From assembly GCF_046119375.1 (NCBI RefSeq), contig NW_027362764.1:700352001-700416000 (forward strand): 64,000 nucleotides of DNA. Reading direction: 5' to 3'. The DNA is from Phyllobates terribilis (taxonomy: Eukaryota). The notes beneath the pieces were generated by a model, which was not told the origin of the DNA, made no database searches, and saw only the letters and a program-made list of their open reading frames with translations. The position numbers were made by a program, and so were the translations under genes. Below are positions 1 through 10,650 of the stretch, in pieces; the stretch's first letter is position 1, and each line of letters starts with the position of its first letter.

Positions 1-1180
1 ACAGACATACCTAACACAACTTGCCTTTATGCAACATCCTGATCCTAAGATCCGTATTTTGTACAAAACGTTTCTCAAATAGGATTAAGATAATAATTCT
101 TCATGCTGTGCACTCCCTATAATAAAAAAGGAGAACCGCCGTTTTCTTACAAAAAAGGGGTATAGAGGTTTAATGTAGTGCTCACTCCAGAGTGGCAATC
201 TACCTGAACAGATATGGTTGCACCAATGACATCTTTAACCAAACTAAATTAAAAAAAAATAACGGATTTGATAAGGGAGAGCAGCAGTCTTTATATCTTC
301 CTGAGGAATCGGGACTTACATCCAAAATGAGCCACAACAAAAAAACAGACCACTACCAAACAAAAATCTACACGCCACCAGTTTCTGATACGCCAGCTGT
401 GATTTCCATTATTTATAAACCAACATCCCAGTTGATCAGAAAAGTTGGCTTGTGTTTCATCTGTAAAACATATCCCGGGCTTTGCCATTTCAATGTGTAT
501 AGAGACAAACTGGTTTTGGCCAAATTCTTAGTTCTCCAATATCATAATGAGTTACGCAGCAATCCTTTAGATTTGCTAGATTTCATACACTGCATGAAGT
601 TTCCATATTCCAAATTCTGCAGTTAAACAATGTAGAACAAAAATGAACTGACTGAAACCGAATGCTGGTAATGTACTATATACATATTCACAGATTAGCA
701 AAAACCGAACCCTAAAAGACACGAAAAAAATAGTCTGGTGCACTTTGAAAAATAGCAATTTGATGACAGTGTATCAACAGAACAAAGTATATGAGCAATC
801 CAAAAGTCATAAATGAGAAAAAAAAACAAGAACGTTTCCAGGACCTAATATACCTTAAACAATACCAAGTACAGTTCAGCAACTTCCCAACTACTAGCAA
901 AGCCATGTATTGTTCCCGAACCATATCACAAGCTTCATCATACCATTCGCATACACATCAGAAAATGTTTGCGATAAGTGAACAATTCCTAAAACTTAAC
1001 ACTACATTTTCGGTGACAAAAAAGAAACCTCAGTCCCAGATCATTTATATATTAAAAAGAAAATTATAGCTGTCTTCGATCTAAGCTATGTCCCAACTTA
1101 AGGTTATTTTTGCATACAAAGATGATGTACTAGCTATTTGCCAAATAAGTTTGAAGACTTGCTTGGTTACAGGACAAAAT

Positions 1181-1186
1181 TTTAAT
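1181..1186 (-). terminator. Candidate variant polyadenylation signal (ATTAAA) of paralogue A
   Basis: ATTAAA on the minus strand about 185 nt after the stop. A second one lies at 169-174. No canonical AATAAA was seen on this strand in 1-1370. Confidence 0.3.
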
Positions 1187-1369
1187 CGAAATGAACCATA
1201 TAGCACAAGAGTAACTGAAGACAAAACGAGGAATGTGTTCAATAACAAAAATTAGATTCACGTCTTCTTGTGGCCAAATGAAAAAATTTTTTTTTCCAAC
1301 TACTGTTAAACTTCAAACATTTGAGACAGTGGTTAAAAGGAAGCTAAAAACCAAGTCCATCCAGTCCTT

Positions 1370-3325
1370 TCAAATCTTAGTGAGAGACAAACTAATATTC
1401 CGTGATCCAATGGGTCTGTCACTTAGCTCATTCACGGCAGTCATTGCTTCTTCGTAGCTGTGGGTGCAGACTGTAGCGTGCCCGGTGGACATTCCTTTTC
1501 TATTAAATTTTACATCAATGGAATCGGGAATGATGTTATAGCCATAGAAAAAGTCTAAAATTTCTTCATTGGTTATAGCGTATGGTAGGTTTGTCATGCG
1601 TATTATTGCTCCTGAGGACCTGTCAAAGTTTCGGGCAGCAGCCGAAAAAGAATTATTGTAATCATTGTAATTTGCATTTCTGCTGTCAAATCTGTCATAA
1701 GACTCATCTCTACCACCCATCTCCATTGCATAAGAACCACGTTGCCTTTCTGGAGAACTTCTAAATTCCTTACGGTTGTAGTTCTCCCCCATGTAAGAGT
1801 TTTCATTGGCTTCTGGTAGTGGAACCTTCATGTATCCATCTTTATACCCTTGAAACTGTGCCACTGGAGTATTATTGAAAGCACCAAACTCTTTTGCCTG
1901 TTCATCAGAAATACGCCTCAAAAAAACTTCTGTTCCCAAAAACGGTTGACGATTCAATACTTCAGCACGCATAGCTTGTTCTTCGGATTGAAACCTAACC
2001 AAGGCTTCTCCCAAACCAACTCCTTTGTTGTCAAAAAGCAAGAAGATATTATCTTCATGCACAAGAAATCCATCAAAGAATTTTTGTACTTCAATTTTAC
2101 TCACGTCGAAGGGAAAATTCCTTAAGTATACACATCTATTTAGATTAGATGGCTCTGGTCTTGGATATTCCTCATACGTGTCGCGTTGCTGTGGATATTC
2201 CTCATACATGTCGCGTTGCTGTGGATATTCCCCATACGAGTTGCGTTGCTTTGGATGTTCCCCATACATACTTCGCTGTGGTGGATATTCCTCATATGTG
2301 TCGAGTTGCTTTGGCGGGCTTTGGGTTTCATAAGATTCTATTAACTGCAACATCGCCTTCCTAGCAATAGGAAGAATGAGCACATGACGACCCTTTAATT
2401 CTTTTTTGCGTAAAGCAAGACATTTTTCGTATAGTCTCTCACTTTTCAACATGATGAAGCCTTCTCTTGTCCGATTGTTATGCTTATTAAGCAGGAATTT
2501 AATCTGAGAATCTGCCATATCAGGTGCAGAAAAAAAATGCCTAATATCTGGCTTCTGTACTGTAAATGGCAAGTTTTTCAGATGCACATAGAACTGTTGG
2601 TTTTGTGGCGACCTAGATCTTGTTCGGTTCCTCGGTTTGGAGTGTAGTTCACCTTTTTTTAAGGCCTTCCCCCACTTTTCTTCTGTCGATTTCGATATCG
2701 ATATAAACCTATGACCAATATATTCATTGTTAAAACTCAAAGCTGCATTAGCATGTGTTGCACTTGCAAACTTCACTAAAGCAGTTCCAGTCTTAAGACC
2801 ACCTAATCGCAGGAAAAAAACAACTTCAACAACATCTAGGTCTTTAAAAAACTGAATAATATCTTCCATTGTCACGCTGTATGGCAGCCCATAACAAGAT
2901 ACATAGATATCATTAGAATATGTTTCCTTTTTGTCATACTTCGGAACATATGATTCGTTATATTTTGACGCACTGCTTTGATTTCCTTCTTTCTTCGCCA
3001 TTTCCAATCGGTTCATATCACCAGAAGGTGGTACAGCTGGATGCTTTGGATTTTTATTAGTTTTACGGCTTGTTTCCAGAGTACTCTGCATTTCTGTCTT
3101 GCTGCTAAGCGAGAGATTCACATGCAAGTTCTTAATGACGCCTCCAGTCCGACTCATGCCTCGCCTGGCATCTTCATCCGTTGCAAATATGATAAATGCC
3201 TCACCAAGTTTTCCACCAATAATGTGTACTCCTCCATCAGGAATTTGCAAACCAGAAAAGAAATGCCGAATATCAACCGAACCAGCAGAAACAGGGAGCC
3301 CCTGTAAGCGGATCACTACAGCCAT
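1370..3325 (-). CDS. RBM12B: RNA-binding protein 12B (paralogue A), 651 aa, five RRMs, single coding exon
   Basis: N-terminus MAVVIRLQGLPVSAGSVDIRHFFSGLQIPDGGVHIIGGKLGEAFIIFATDEDARR matches the RBM12B RRM1 as I know it. RRM4 (CVYLRNFPFDVSKIEVQKFF...GVGLGEALVRFQSEEQAMRAE) and RRM5 (IRMTNLPYAITNEEILDFFYGYNIIPDSI) are also recognisable. The ORF is intact. A splice acceptor (ttttgttttcag|G) ends at 3351, 25 nt before the ATG. Confidence 0.95.
   Translation of the reverse strand: MAVVIRLQGLPVSAGSVDIRHFFSGLQIPDGGVHIIGGKLGEAFIIFATDEDARRGMSRTGGVIKNLHVNLSLSSKTEMQSTLETSRKTNKNPKHPAVPPSGDMNRLEMAKKEGNQSSASKYNESYVPKYDKKETYSNDIYVSCYGLPYSVTMEDIIQFFKDLDVVEVVFFLRLGGLKTGTALVKFASATHANAALSFNNEYIGHRFISISKSTEEKWGKALKKGELHSKPRNRTRSRSPQNQQFYVHLKNLPFTVQKPDIRHFFSAPDMADSQIKFLLNKHNNRTREGFIMLKSERLYEKCLALRKKELKGRHVLILPIARKAMLQLIESYETQSPPKQLDTYEEYPPQRSMYGEHPKQRNSYGEYPQQRDMYEEYPQQRDTYEEYPRPEPSNLNRCVYLRNFPFDVSKIEVQKFFDGFLVHEDNIFLLFDNKGVGLGEALVRFQSEEQAMRAEVLNRQPFLGTEVFLRRISDEQAKEFGAFNNTPVAQFQGYKDGYMKVPLPEANENSYMGENYNRKEFRSSPERQRGSYAMEMGGRDESYDRFDSRNANYNDYNNSFSAAARNFDRSSGAIIRMTNLPYAITNEEILDFFYGYNIIPDSIDVKFNRKGMSTGHATVCTHSYEEAMTAVNELSDRPIGSRNISLSLTKI
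2162..2311 (-). repeat. Coding minisatellite: 5 x 30 nt encoding a Tyr/Glu-rich 10-aa repeat in paralogue A
   Basis: Units start at 2162, 2192, 2222, 2252 and 2282 (tggatattcctcatacatgtcgcgttgctg-like). They translate to TYEEYPPQRS MYGEHPKQRN SYGEYPQQRD MYEEYPQQRD TYEEYP. Confidence 0.9.
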
Positions 3326-3950
3326 TTTTTAGGGTCTGAACGATTGTCACCTGAAAACAAAAGTGCACAACAGAAAAGGTAAATATATTGTAAAATGAAA
3401 TATATGCACATATAACAAAACATCTGATCTGTGCCTTCTATAGAAATAGTTATCACGCCTATACAAGGACTGTAAATAAAATAAAAAAAAAAATAAAAAA
3501 GCAATGCACACAATCAAATTGGCCCAATTAAATAAATAAGGGACGATGTTTAGGCTTCATGGGAAAGAAAGGGTTAGAAGTGTTAAGGCTTCATGCCTGC
3601 CAGATGAGCCGCTAGAAGTCCAATTACACAGGCCGACCTGGGGCACTAAGAAACCGCTAATCAGTTGCTCGATTGCCATTTCCTGTTGGTTAATAGCCTA
3701 TTTACAAAGGCCAACGGAGCTTCAGATGCGCACTGAAGGATCTGTAAGAGATCAGTGCACAAAAGTGTCAGTCTCTGCAGCGAGATTCCTATTTACACAA
3801 TAAGATGCACTGCTGAGAACAATGATCTAAGATTTCACCCGACGAACATGTTTTGCTGGTTCATGGGGTTATTGGCAGACTATTTAGAATTATTGTGAAA
3901 CAAGCGTTCCTAGGAATGATTATTTTTGATAATTTTGCAATGTACATTAA

Positions 3951-4219
3951 TTACACAGAATGACTTTTCAAACTAAGTCCCGCCACTCATTGCTTCACGG
4001 CAGAGCCAATCATTTAAATACACCTTCCCACCTGCTTGGTTTCCATCCACCTCCTCCCTTCTATGGCTCTATGAAGCCAGAGATGTCAAAGAAGAAGGGG
4101 TGGGGATAGATGGAAACCAAGCAGGTGGGAAGGTGTATTTAAATGATTGGCACCACCATGACGTACCGAGTGCCAGTACTTGGTTTGAACAGTCCTTCTG
4201 TGCTGACAGAGTCTCTCAA
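3951..4219. mobile_element. Kolobok T2-type MITE (gggactctgtcagcacagaatgact family), left end eroded
   Basis: Internal palindrome (cccacctgcttggtttccatc / gatggaaaccaagcaggtggg). Same family as the copies at 30763 and 55433. Confidence 0.7.
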
Positions 4220-4266
4220 GATTTCAGTAATCAGTCTTCAAGTTGTAAGTGTCCCAGCCTACTTAC

Positions 4267-4297
4267 CAGTTTAAAGCCTGAGGCTCTAAGAATTTAG
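4267..4297 (-). other. Predicted 31-nt non-coding exon 2 of paralogue A
   Basis: Minus strand reads tacatttttctttatttttgcag|CTAAATTCTTAGAGCCTCAGGCTTTAAACTG|gtaagt: strong acceptor and donor, no ATG. Confidence 0.6.
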
Positions 4298-4626
4298 CTG
4301 CAAAAATAAAGAAAAATGTAAAATTTTTAGGCCATTAAGAGAAAAAAAAAAAAAATACACTTAAAGGCGAATTCAGTCGCTGTGGATTCTGCACAGCAAT
4401 TTTCAGTACACTGTATGTGGATGATGGGGTTTTTAAAGTCAGCATCCACATGTAGAATAATATCGTTTTGCAAATAAACTGCAGAGTTCCAAGGGATAAA
4501 TGTACCTAAAGTATTTATTAAATAATGCTCCCAAAAGCCACTGTATTCAGACATTATCCTCTATGATATAAAAATAGGATGCACTTCAAAGAAGTTCGAA
4601 GGAGTCCACTTGGAAAAAATTCAACA

Positions 4627-4826
4627 CAAGAAAGACCGCGCCCAATTTAGGTGAAAAAAAAACCAAAGGATCCATATCTTCTGCCATGGACGAGTCTTTT
4701 CCACCAGTCATGCTTGAAAAAGACCTATGGCTTGGTCGAAACGTTGCATCCATGACACAATAAATGGAACCTTGAATTTTTTTTTTTTTTTTTTTGTCAC
4801 CTAAATTGGACGCTGTCTCTTTCTTG
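4627..4826 (+). mobile_element. Penelope-like pseudo-LTR remnant with an inverted duplicated tail
   Basis: About 55-bp inverted arms (caagaaagaccgcgcccaatttaggtga / tcacctaaattggacgctgtctctttcttg) enclose a hammerhead motif, followed by AATAAA and a T-tract. Confidence 0.6.
4710..4749 (+). ncRNA. Minimal type I hammerhead ribozyme motif (U3-A8 core variant)
   Basis: ATGC-TTGAAAA-A-GACC-TATGGCTT-GGTC-GAAAC-GTT-GCAT. Stem I ATGC/GCAT, stem II GACC/GGTC, GAAA core, palindromic stem III AACGTT. Confidence 0.6.
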
Positions 4827-5238
4827 TAATATCCTATATGATATCATTCACAATATCACAAACTGAGAAACAGCAACCGTGCTATCACACCAATAAAGAG
4901 CCCAACAAGTGCATATTGAATGCAGGATCCATGGATTGAGTATACAGCTCTACATTTTGACTGCCGGATCTGAAATATCATTATAGGAAGCACAGTGCCA
5001 GAACGAACTGAAAGTGGACGCGGAGGATTGGATATCCCAATATTCAGACTGACAAATTTCTGTCGATCTGAAAAGCATATAATACAGATTAACATCACTA
5101 GATAGTACCAGTGTAGCATTCAGTGAGGAAAAGGGATCAGCAGCGTTGGCATTTGATGCCATTAAATACTTTGTCAGTGAGCCTCAGGATGTAGCACGGT
5201 TGCTATTGTATTAAAGATACTACGGATTTTGTCATTTA

Positions 5239-5896
5239 ATGCAATCAGCAGCTCAATCTTGCTTTTGTGGCCTCCCCTCTAACACTCTCGCACCCCTCCA
5301 ACCTATCCTAAACGCTGCTGCTCGAAAACTAATCCACCTGTCCCCCCCGCTATTTCCCGGCCTCTCCCCTCTGTCAATCACTTCACTGGCTCCCCATTGC
5401 CCAGAGACTCCAAATCAAAACCCTAACATGGCATACAAAGCTATCCACAACTTGTCTCCTCCATACATATGTGACCTAGTCTCCCGGTACATACCTGCAC
5501 GCAGCCTCCGATCCTCACAAGATCTCCTTCTCTACTGCCCTCTTATCTACTCTTCCCACAATCACATACAAGATTTGTCCTGTGCATCCCCCCTACTCTG
5601 GAACGCTCTTACCCAACATATCATACTCTCACCTATAGTGGAAACCTTCAAAAGGAACCTGAAGACTCGCCTCTTCTGACAGTCCTACAACCTGCAGTAA
5701 CCCTCGCTCCACCATACCGCTGCACTACCAGCTCTACCCTCACCTACTGTATCCTCACCCATCCCTTGTAGACAGTGAGCCCTCACGGGCAGGGTCCTCT
5801 CTCCTCCTGTACCAGTCAGTGACTAGTATGGTTCAAAGAGGATTGCACCCGTTTTTCACATGTAAACCGCCATGGAATAAATGGCACTATAATAAT
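5239..5896 (+). mobile_element. L2-clade LINE, 5'-truncated 3' fragment
   Basis: Translates to an RT C-terminal region (LAPLQPILNAAARKLI...YKAIHNLSPPYICDLVSRY). The 3' tail ccatggaataaatggcactataataat matches the two long L2 copies. Confidence 0.85.
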
Positions 5897-6262
5897 CTGT
5901 GGCAAAGTTGTAGCGAAACTTTTCCACCACATGAGGATTTAAACTAGTAGTTATTTACAATAAACAAAAAAATGGTACATCCACACGTACCACGGTTGAT
6001 GTGGACTTTGTCTAGAGTCTGGTAAGAACAAAGTAGACAATTCTCATCAATGTGGAAATTAACATGTGGTGCGTTTTTTCTTTAATCCACAGCGTATCAA
6101 TTTCAGTTGTGGATAAATCGTGCTTCCTTATTGGATTCAATTGAAGAGTCAAAACCTGCAATAATGCTCATTTTGGATTTTCCTGCAGATTACCCGTGGG
6201 GCTGCAACAAAATCTACAAGTTATAAAACAAGTAAAAATTAAAAATGAAATAAAACACTAGA

Positions 6263-6591
6263 GGGTATGTGTCCACGATCCGTAGCCGCCTGCAGCCCAA
6301 GCGCTGCTGAATAGCGATTTTTTTTTTCACCTGCGGACTTTCCTAGATGTTAATCTATGGAGAAAGTCTACGTGCGGACCCGCAAGAGAAATTGACATGC
6401 TGTGGGTCTGAAAGACGTGCCACATGTCAGTTTCCGCGGGTGATCTGCAGGTGCACAGAGACTCACAGTGGATATGGGATTTCTAGAAATCCATCCACTA
6501 TGCTGTAACATCTGGACGCTGCGGGTTTGACGCTGCATAAACATAAACATGCAGCGTCAAACCCGCAGCGGCTCATCGTGTGCACATACCC
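6263..6591. mobile_element. PIF/Harbinger-type MITE
   Basis: TIRs GGGTATGTGTCCACG / CGTGTGCACATACCC. The interior is similar to 58600-58943. Confidence 0.75.
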
Positions 6592-6834
6592 TGATACTCC
6601 CCTCTTCTGCCATTCTAAGAAATGCGTCCATGCTTGTCCCAGTTCATACTGGCCTCCTGTGGAGAAAGTTTCATTGCATAGGCTTCAGAAAATCAATGGC
6701 TGCAGAGGTTGCATGAAGCAAAATGTCACTACAGGAAGCAAGGGCTTACTGGCAACCGCATGGAAACACGGCTAACACAGCAAAAGCAGAAGAGGGGAGT
6801 ATCTGTTTACACTTGCTGCAGAAGCCACAGGAAG

Positions 6835-9800
6835 ATTATTATTATCATTTATTATTATAGCGCCATTTATTCCATGGCACTTTACATGTGAAGAAGGGGT
6901 ATGTATACATACAAGAACAATTACAATAATCTTGAACACAATGTGACGGCGACTGATACAGGAGGAGCGAGGATCCTGCCCGCGAGAGCTCACAGTCTAC
7001 AAGGGAAGGGTGAGGATACAGTAGGCGAGGCTAGAGCTGGTCGTGCAGCATTATTTGTGGAGTGGTGGTTACTGCAGGTTGTAGACTTGTCGGAAGAGGT
7101 GAGTCTTCAGACTCTTTTTGAAGGTTTCCACGGTCGACGAGAGTCTGATGTGGTGGGGTAGAGAGCTCCAGAGTAGGGGGGGGGAGGGGGGGGGGGACTA
7201 GGTCAGAGATATATGGAGGAGACAGGTTGTGAATGGCTTTGTATGTCATGGTTAGGGTTTTGAACTGGAGTTTCTGGGCAATGGGGAGCCAGTGAAGAGA
7301 TTGACAGAGAGGAGAGGCCGGGGAATAGCGGGGGGACAGGTGGATTAGTCAGGCAGCAGAGTTTAGGATGGATTGGAGGGGTGCAAGAGTGTTGGAAGGG
7401 AGGCCACAGAGCAGGAGGTTGCAGTAGTCGAGGGGGGGAGATGATGAGGGCGTGCACTAGTGTTTTTGCAGATTCATGGTTGAGGAATGTGCGGATCCGC
7501 GAGATATTTTTGAGTTGGAGTCGGCAGGAAGTGGAAAGGGATTGGATATGTGGTTTGAAGGAGAGCTCAGAGTCCAGGGTTACCCCAAGGCAGCGAGCCT
7601 GGGGGACTGGGGACAGTGGGCTGCCATCGACTATGATGGATAGGTCAGTTGGGGGGGTTGAATGAGATGGCGGAAAGATGATGAATTCTGCTTTGTCCAT
7701 GTTAAGTTTTAGAAATCTAGCAGAGAAGAAGGATGAAATAGACAGACATTGTGGGATTTTGGTTAGTAAGGAGGCAATATCAGGTCCAGAGAGGTAGATC
7801 TGTGTGTCGTCAGCATAGAGGTGATAATGAAAGCCATGAGACTATGAGCTGTCCCAGGCCTAAGGTGTAGATGGAGAAGAGCAGGGGTCCTAGAACTGAA
7901 CCTTGGGGGACACCGACAGATAGGGGGTGAGATGAGGAGGTGGTGTGTGAGTGGGAGACACTGAATGTCCGGTCTGTTAGGTATGAGGAGATCCAGGATA
8001 GGGCCAAGTCTGTGGTGCCGAGAGATGAGAGAGTTTTTAGTAAGAGGGAATGGTCCACCGTGTCGAAGGCAGATGACAGGTCTAGGAGGAGGAGGACAGA
8101 ATAGTGTCGCTTAGATTTGGCGGTTAGTAGGTCATTGGTAACTTGGGTCAGTGCAGTTTCAGTAGAATGGTGCGGTCGGAAACCAGATTGTAGGCGGTCG
8201 AAGAGGGAGCAGGAGGAGAGGTGGGAGGACAGCTCAGAATGGACGTGTTGTTCCAGTAGTTTTGAGGCATAGGGGAGAAGTGATATGGGTCGATAGCTAG
8301 ACAGAGAGGATGGGTCAAGGGAGGGCTTTTTAAGGATGGGTGTGATTGAGGCATGTTTGAAGCATGAGGGGAAGACACCAGTTAGTGACAGGTTGAAGAG
8401 GTGGGCTAGGGCTGGGATGAAGATAGTGGTAAGGTTTAGGATGAGGTGGGACGGGTTTGGGTCAAGTTTACAGGTGGTGAGGTGTGATTTGGAGAGTAAA
8501 GAGGAAAGTTGATCTTCCGTAATGGTGGAGAATGTGGTTTTGGAGGAGGAGGGTTGAGTAGGTGTGGGGAGGGGCTGTGGGGGCTTTAGATAAAAGCTTT
8601 GTCTGATGGTGTCAATCTTCTGTTTGAAGAATGAGGCAAAGTCTTCGGTTGAAATAAGAGGAGAGGAAGGAGGCACTGGGGGACTGAGGAGAGAATTGAA
8701 GGTGTTGAATAGTTGTTTGGGGTTGTGAGACAGGGAGGATATTTGAGATGTGAAGTATGTTTGTTTTGCTGCAGTGAGTGTGGACTTGAAGGTAGTGAGG
8801 GACTGTTGGAATGCGATGAAGTGCTCATTGGAGTGGGACCTTTTCCATCTAAGCTCAGCGACCCTGGAGGCCCGTCGCAGTTCTTTAGTTAGGCTGGTGT
8901 GCCAGGGTTGTCTGTTGATTGTGCGAGCTTTGGTATGTGTGAGGGGGGCGACCAAATCGAGAGCTGCAGCTGTTGTACAAAGTGGCAGCAACATCTGCAT
9001 CATGTAAGGAACTAATGTCTGTAAGAGGGAGAAGGGATTCAGAGAGTGAGTGTAGGTCAAGGTGTTTGAGATTTCTGCGAGGGTATGCAAGTTTGTGGAG
9101 TGGGGATTGTTGCCCTGGAGAGGAGAGGGAAGAGAATGTAAGTAGGTTGTGGTCAGAGAGAGGGAGATGTGAGTTAGAGAGGTTAGATAGGGAACAGAGG
9201 CTGGTGAAGATGAGGTCCAGCGTGTGGCCATCTTTGTGGGTGGGTGTGGAAGACCACTGGGTAAGACCACAGGAGGAAGTGAGGGATAGAAGCTTAGAGG
9301 CAGATGAGAGGGAAGTGTCAATGGGGATGTTGAAGTCGCCATGAGGATAGTGGGGATGTCAACGGAGAGGAAATGAAGTAGCCAAGTGGTGAAGTGGTCA
9401 AAGAAAGTGGTGGCTGATCCTGGGGGGCGGTAGAGGACAGCCAGTTGGAGGTTGGAAGGGGAGTAGATGTGCACGCAGTACACTTCAAAAGAGGGGAGAG
9501 TAATTGAGGGCGGCAGTGGGATATGGGTGAAGGAGCAGTTTTCAGAGAGGAGGAAACCTATTCCTCCACCGTGCTTGCCGGTGGGTATGGGAGAGGTGGA
9601 ATCCGCCGTACGAAAGTGCAGCAGGAGAGGCCGTGTCAGAGGGGGTGAGCCAGGTTTCAGTGATGCCAAGGAAGGAAAGCTTGTTGGTGATGAAGAGGTC
9701 GTGAATGTAGGAAAGTTTGTTGCAGACGGAGCGAGCGTTCCATAGAGCTCCTGTTAGGGGGATTGGGGAAGCGGGGGCTGGGCGGATGGGTATAAGGTTA

Positions 9801-10227
9801 GAAGGGTTATGAGAGTTTGGGATAGATCGTGGGTAGGAGGTTTAAGTGACTGTGGGGATGTGGTGAGGAGGGCCAGGATTTGGAGAGATGTCGCCGGCAG
9901 TGAGGAGGAGCAGAGAAAGCGTTAGTAGGTGGGAGCAGGAGAGGGCATTAGGTGGCTGTCTGTGTTTGGAGGCAAAGGATTGTATGTTGAGGAATAGCTC
10001 TGAGGAGGAGGTGAGATGGGTGGGGAGAATGGAGGGAGAGATGAAGAGTTCCTTACTAGGTGTAGGGATTAGGGGTGGTTGTAAGAAGTGAAGGATTAAG
10101 GGGGTGAGGGTGAAAACAAAGACAAACATTGTTTACTGTGACAAAGTATCCAGTTACCTTCAGTTCACTTCAGATTCAATTCAGAATTAATTCATATTTC
10201 TCACACTTCAGCTAATGGACACTTAAG
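6835..10227 (-). mobile_element. Near full-length L2-clade LINE (APE endonuclease + RT, frameshifted) with an N-terminal 2A-like peptide
   Basis: ORF pieces give WNARSVCNKL / GITETWL / GGGIGFLL (APE) and QSGFRPHHSTETAL, LLDLSSAFDTVDH, GVPQGSVLGPLLF, YADD-region (RT). (ATT)n 3' tail at 6835. LLTAGDISPNPGP motif ends at 9869. Confidence 0.92.
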
Positions 10228-10650
10228 GTGCGATCCACACAATTTGGTTCAGATTTGCCTGCAAATACTTACATATTTGCTTCAGAAATTTCCCACAGCA
10301 AGTTGGTACATGTAAATGTACCCTTAAACTGTAAGATTATGGTGAACGTGCGTCCCTAATGCTCGTTCCACAATAGTCTTACAGTGCCAGTGAGCAAAAC
10401 ACTTGTTTATTGGGTGAAATTATATTAGGTGCAACGCAAATGATCGTTGTTCTCAGCAGTGCATCAACCTGTGTAAACACACTGCTCAGTGCGCATCGCT
10501 CTGCCTGTATAAAAAGGCTATTAACCAAGCGCTGATCGGCAAGTTTTAATATAGTTTGCCAAATGATTGACCAGTTTCAGAAAAACCAAGACTTCAAAAA
10601 AAGAACACAGAAGTGCATCAAAACTACCTGTGCTACAGAAACACCTTTAA

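Noticed and set aside
192-626. 144-aa plus-strand ORF
   Set aside because: No recognisable family. It is AT-rich, low-complexity and antisense to the probable RBM12B-A 3' region.
2025-2364. Cys-rich repetitive ORFs (RCCGYSSY...) on the plus strand
   Set aside because: Antisense shadows of the 30-nt coding repeat of RBM12B-A.
4872-5204. 13-bp perfect inverted repeat AGCAACCGTGCTA bounding about 330 bp
   Set aside because: No TSD and no second copy. Roughly one such match is expected by chance in 64 kb.
10152-10157. AAG|GTAACT donor-like site at the 5' end of both L2 copies (also 29206-29211)
   Set aside because: No matching acceptor or exon could be defined. It is shared only because the copies are homologous.
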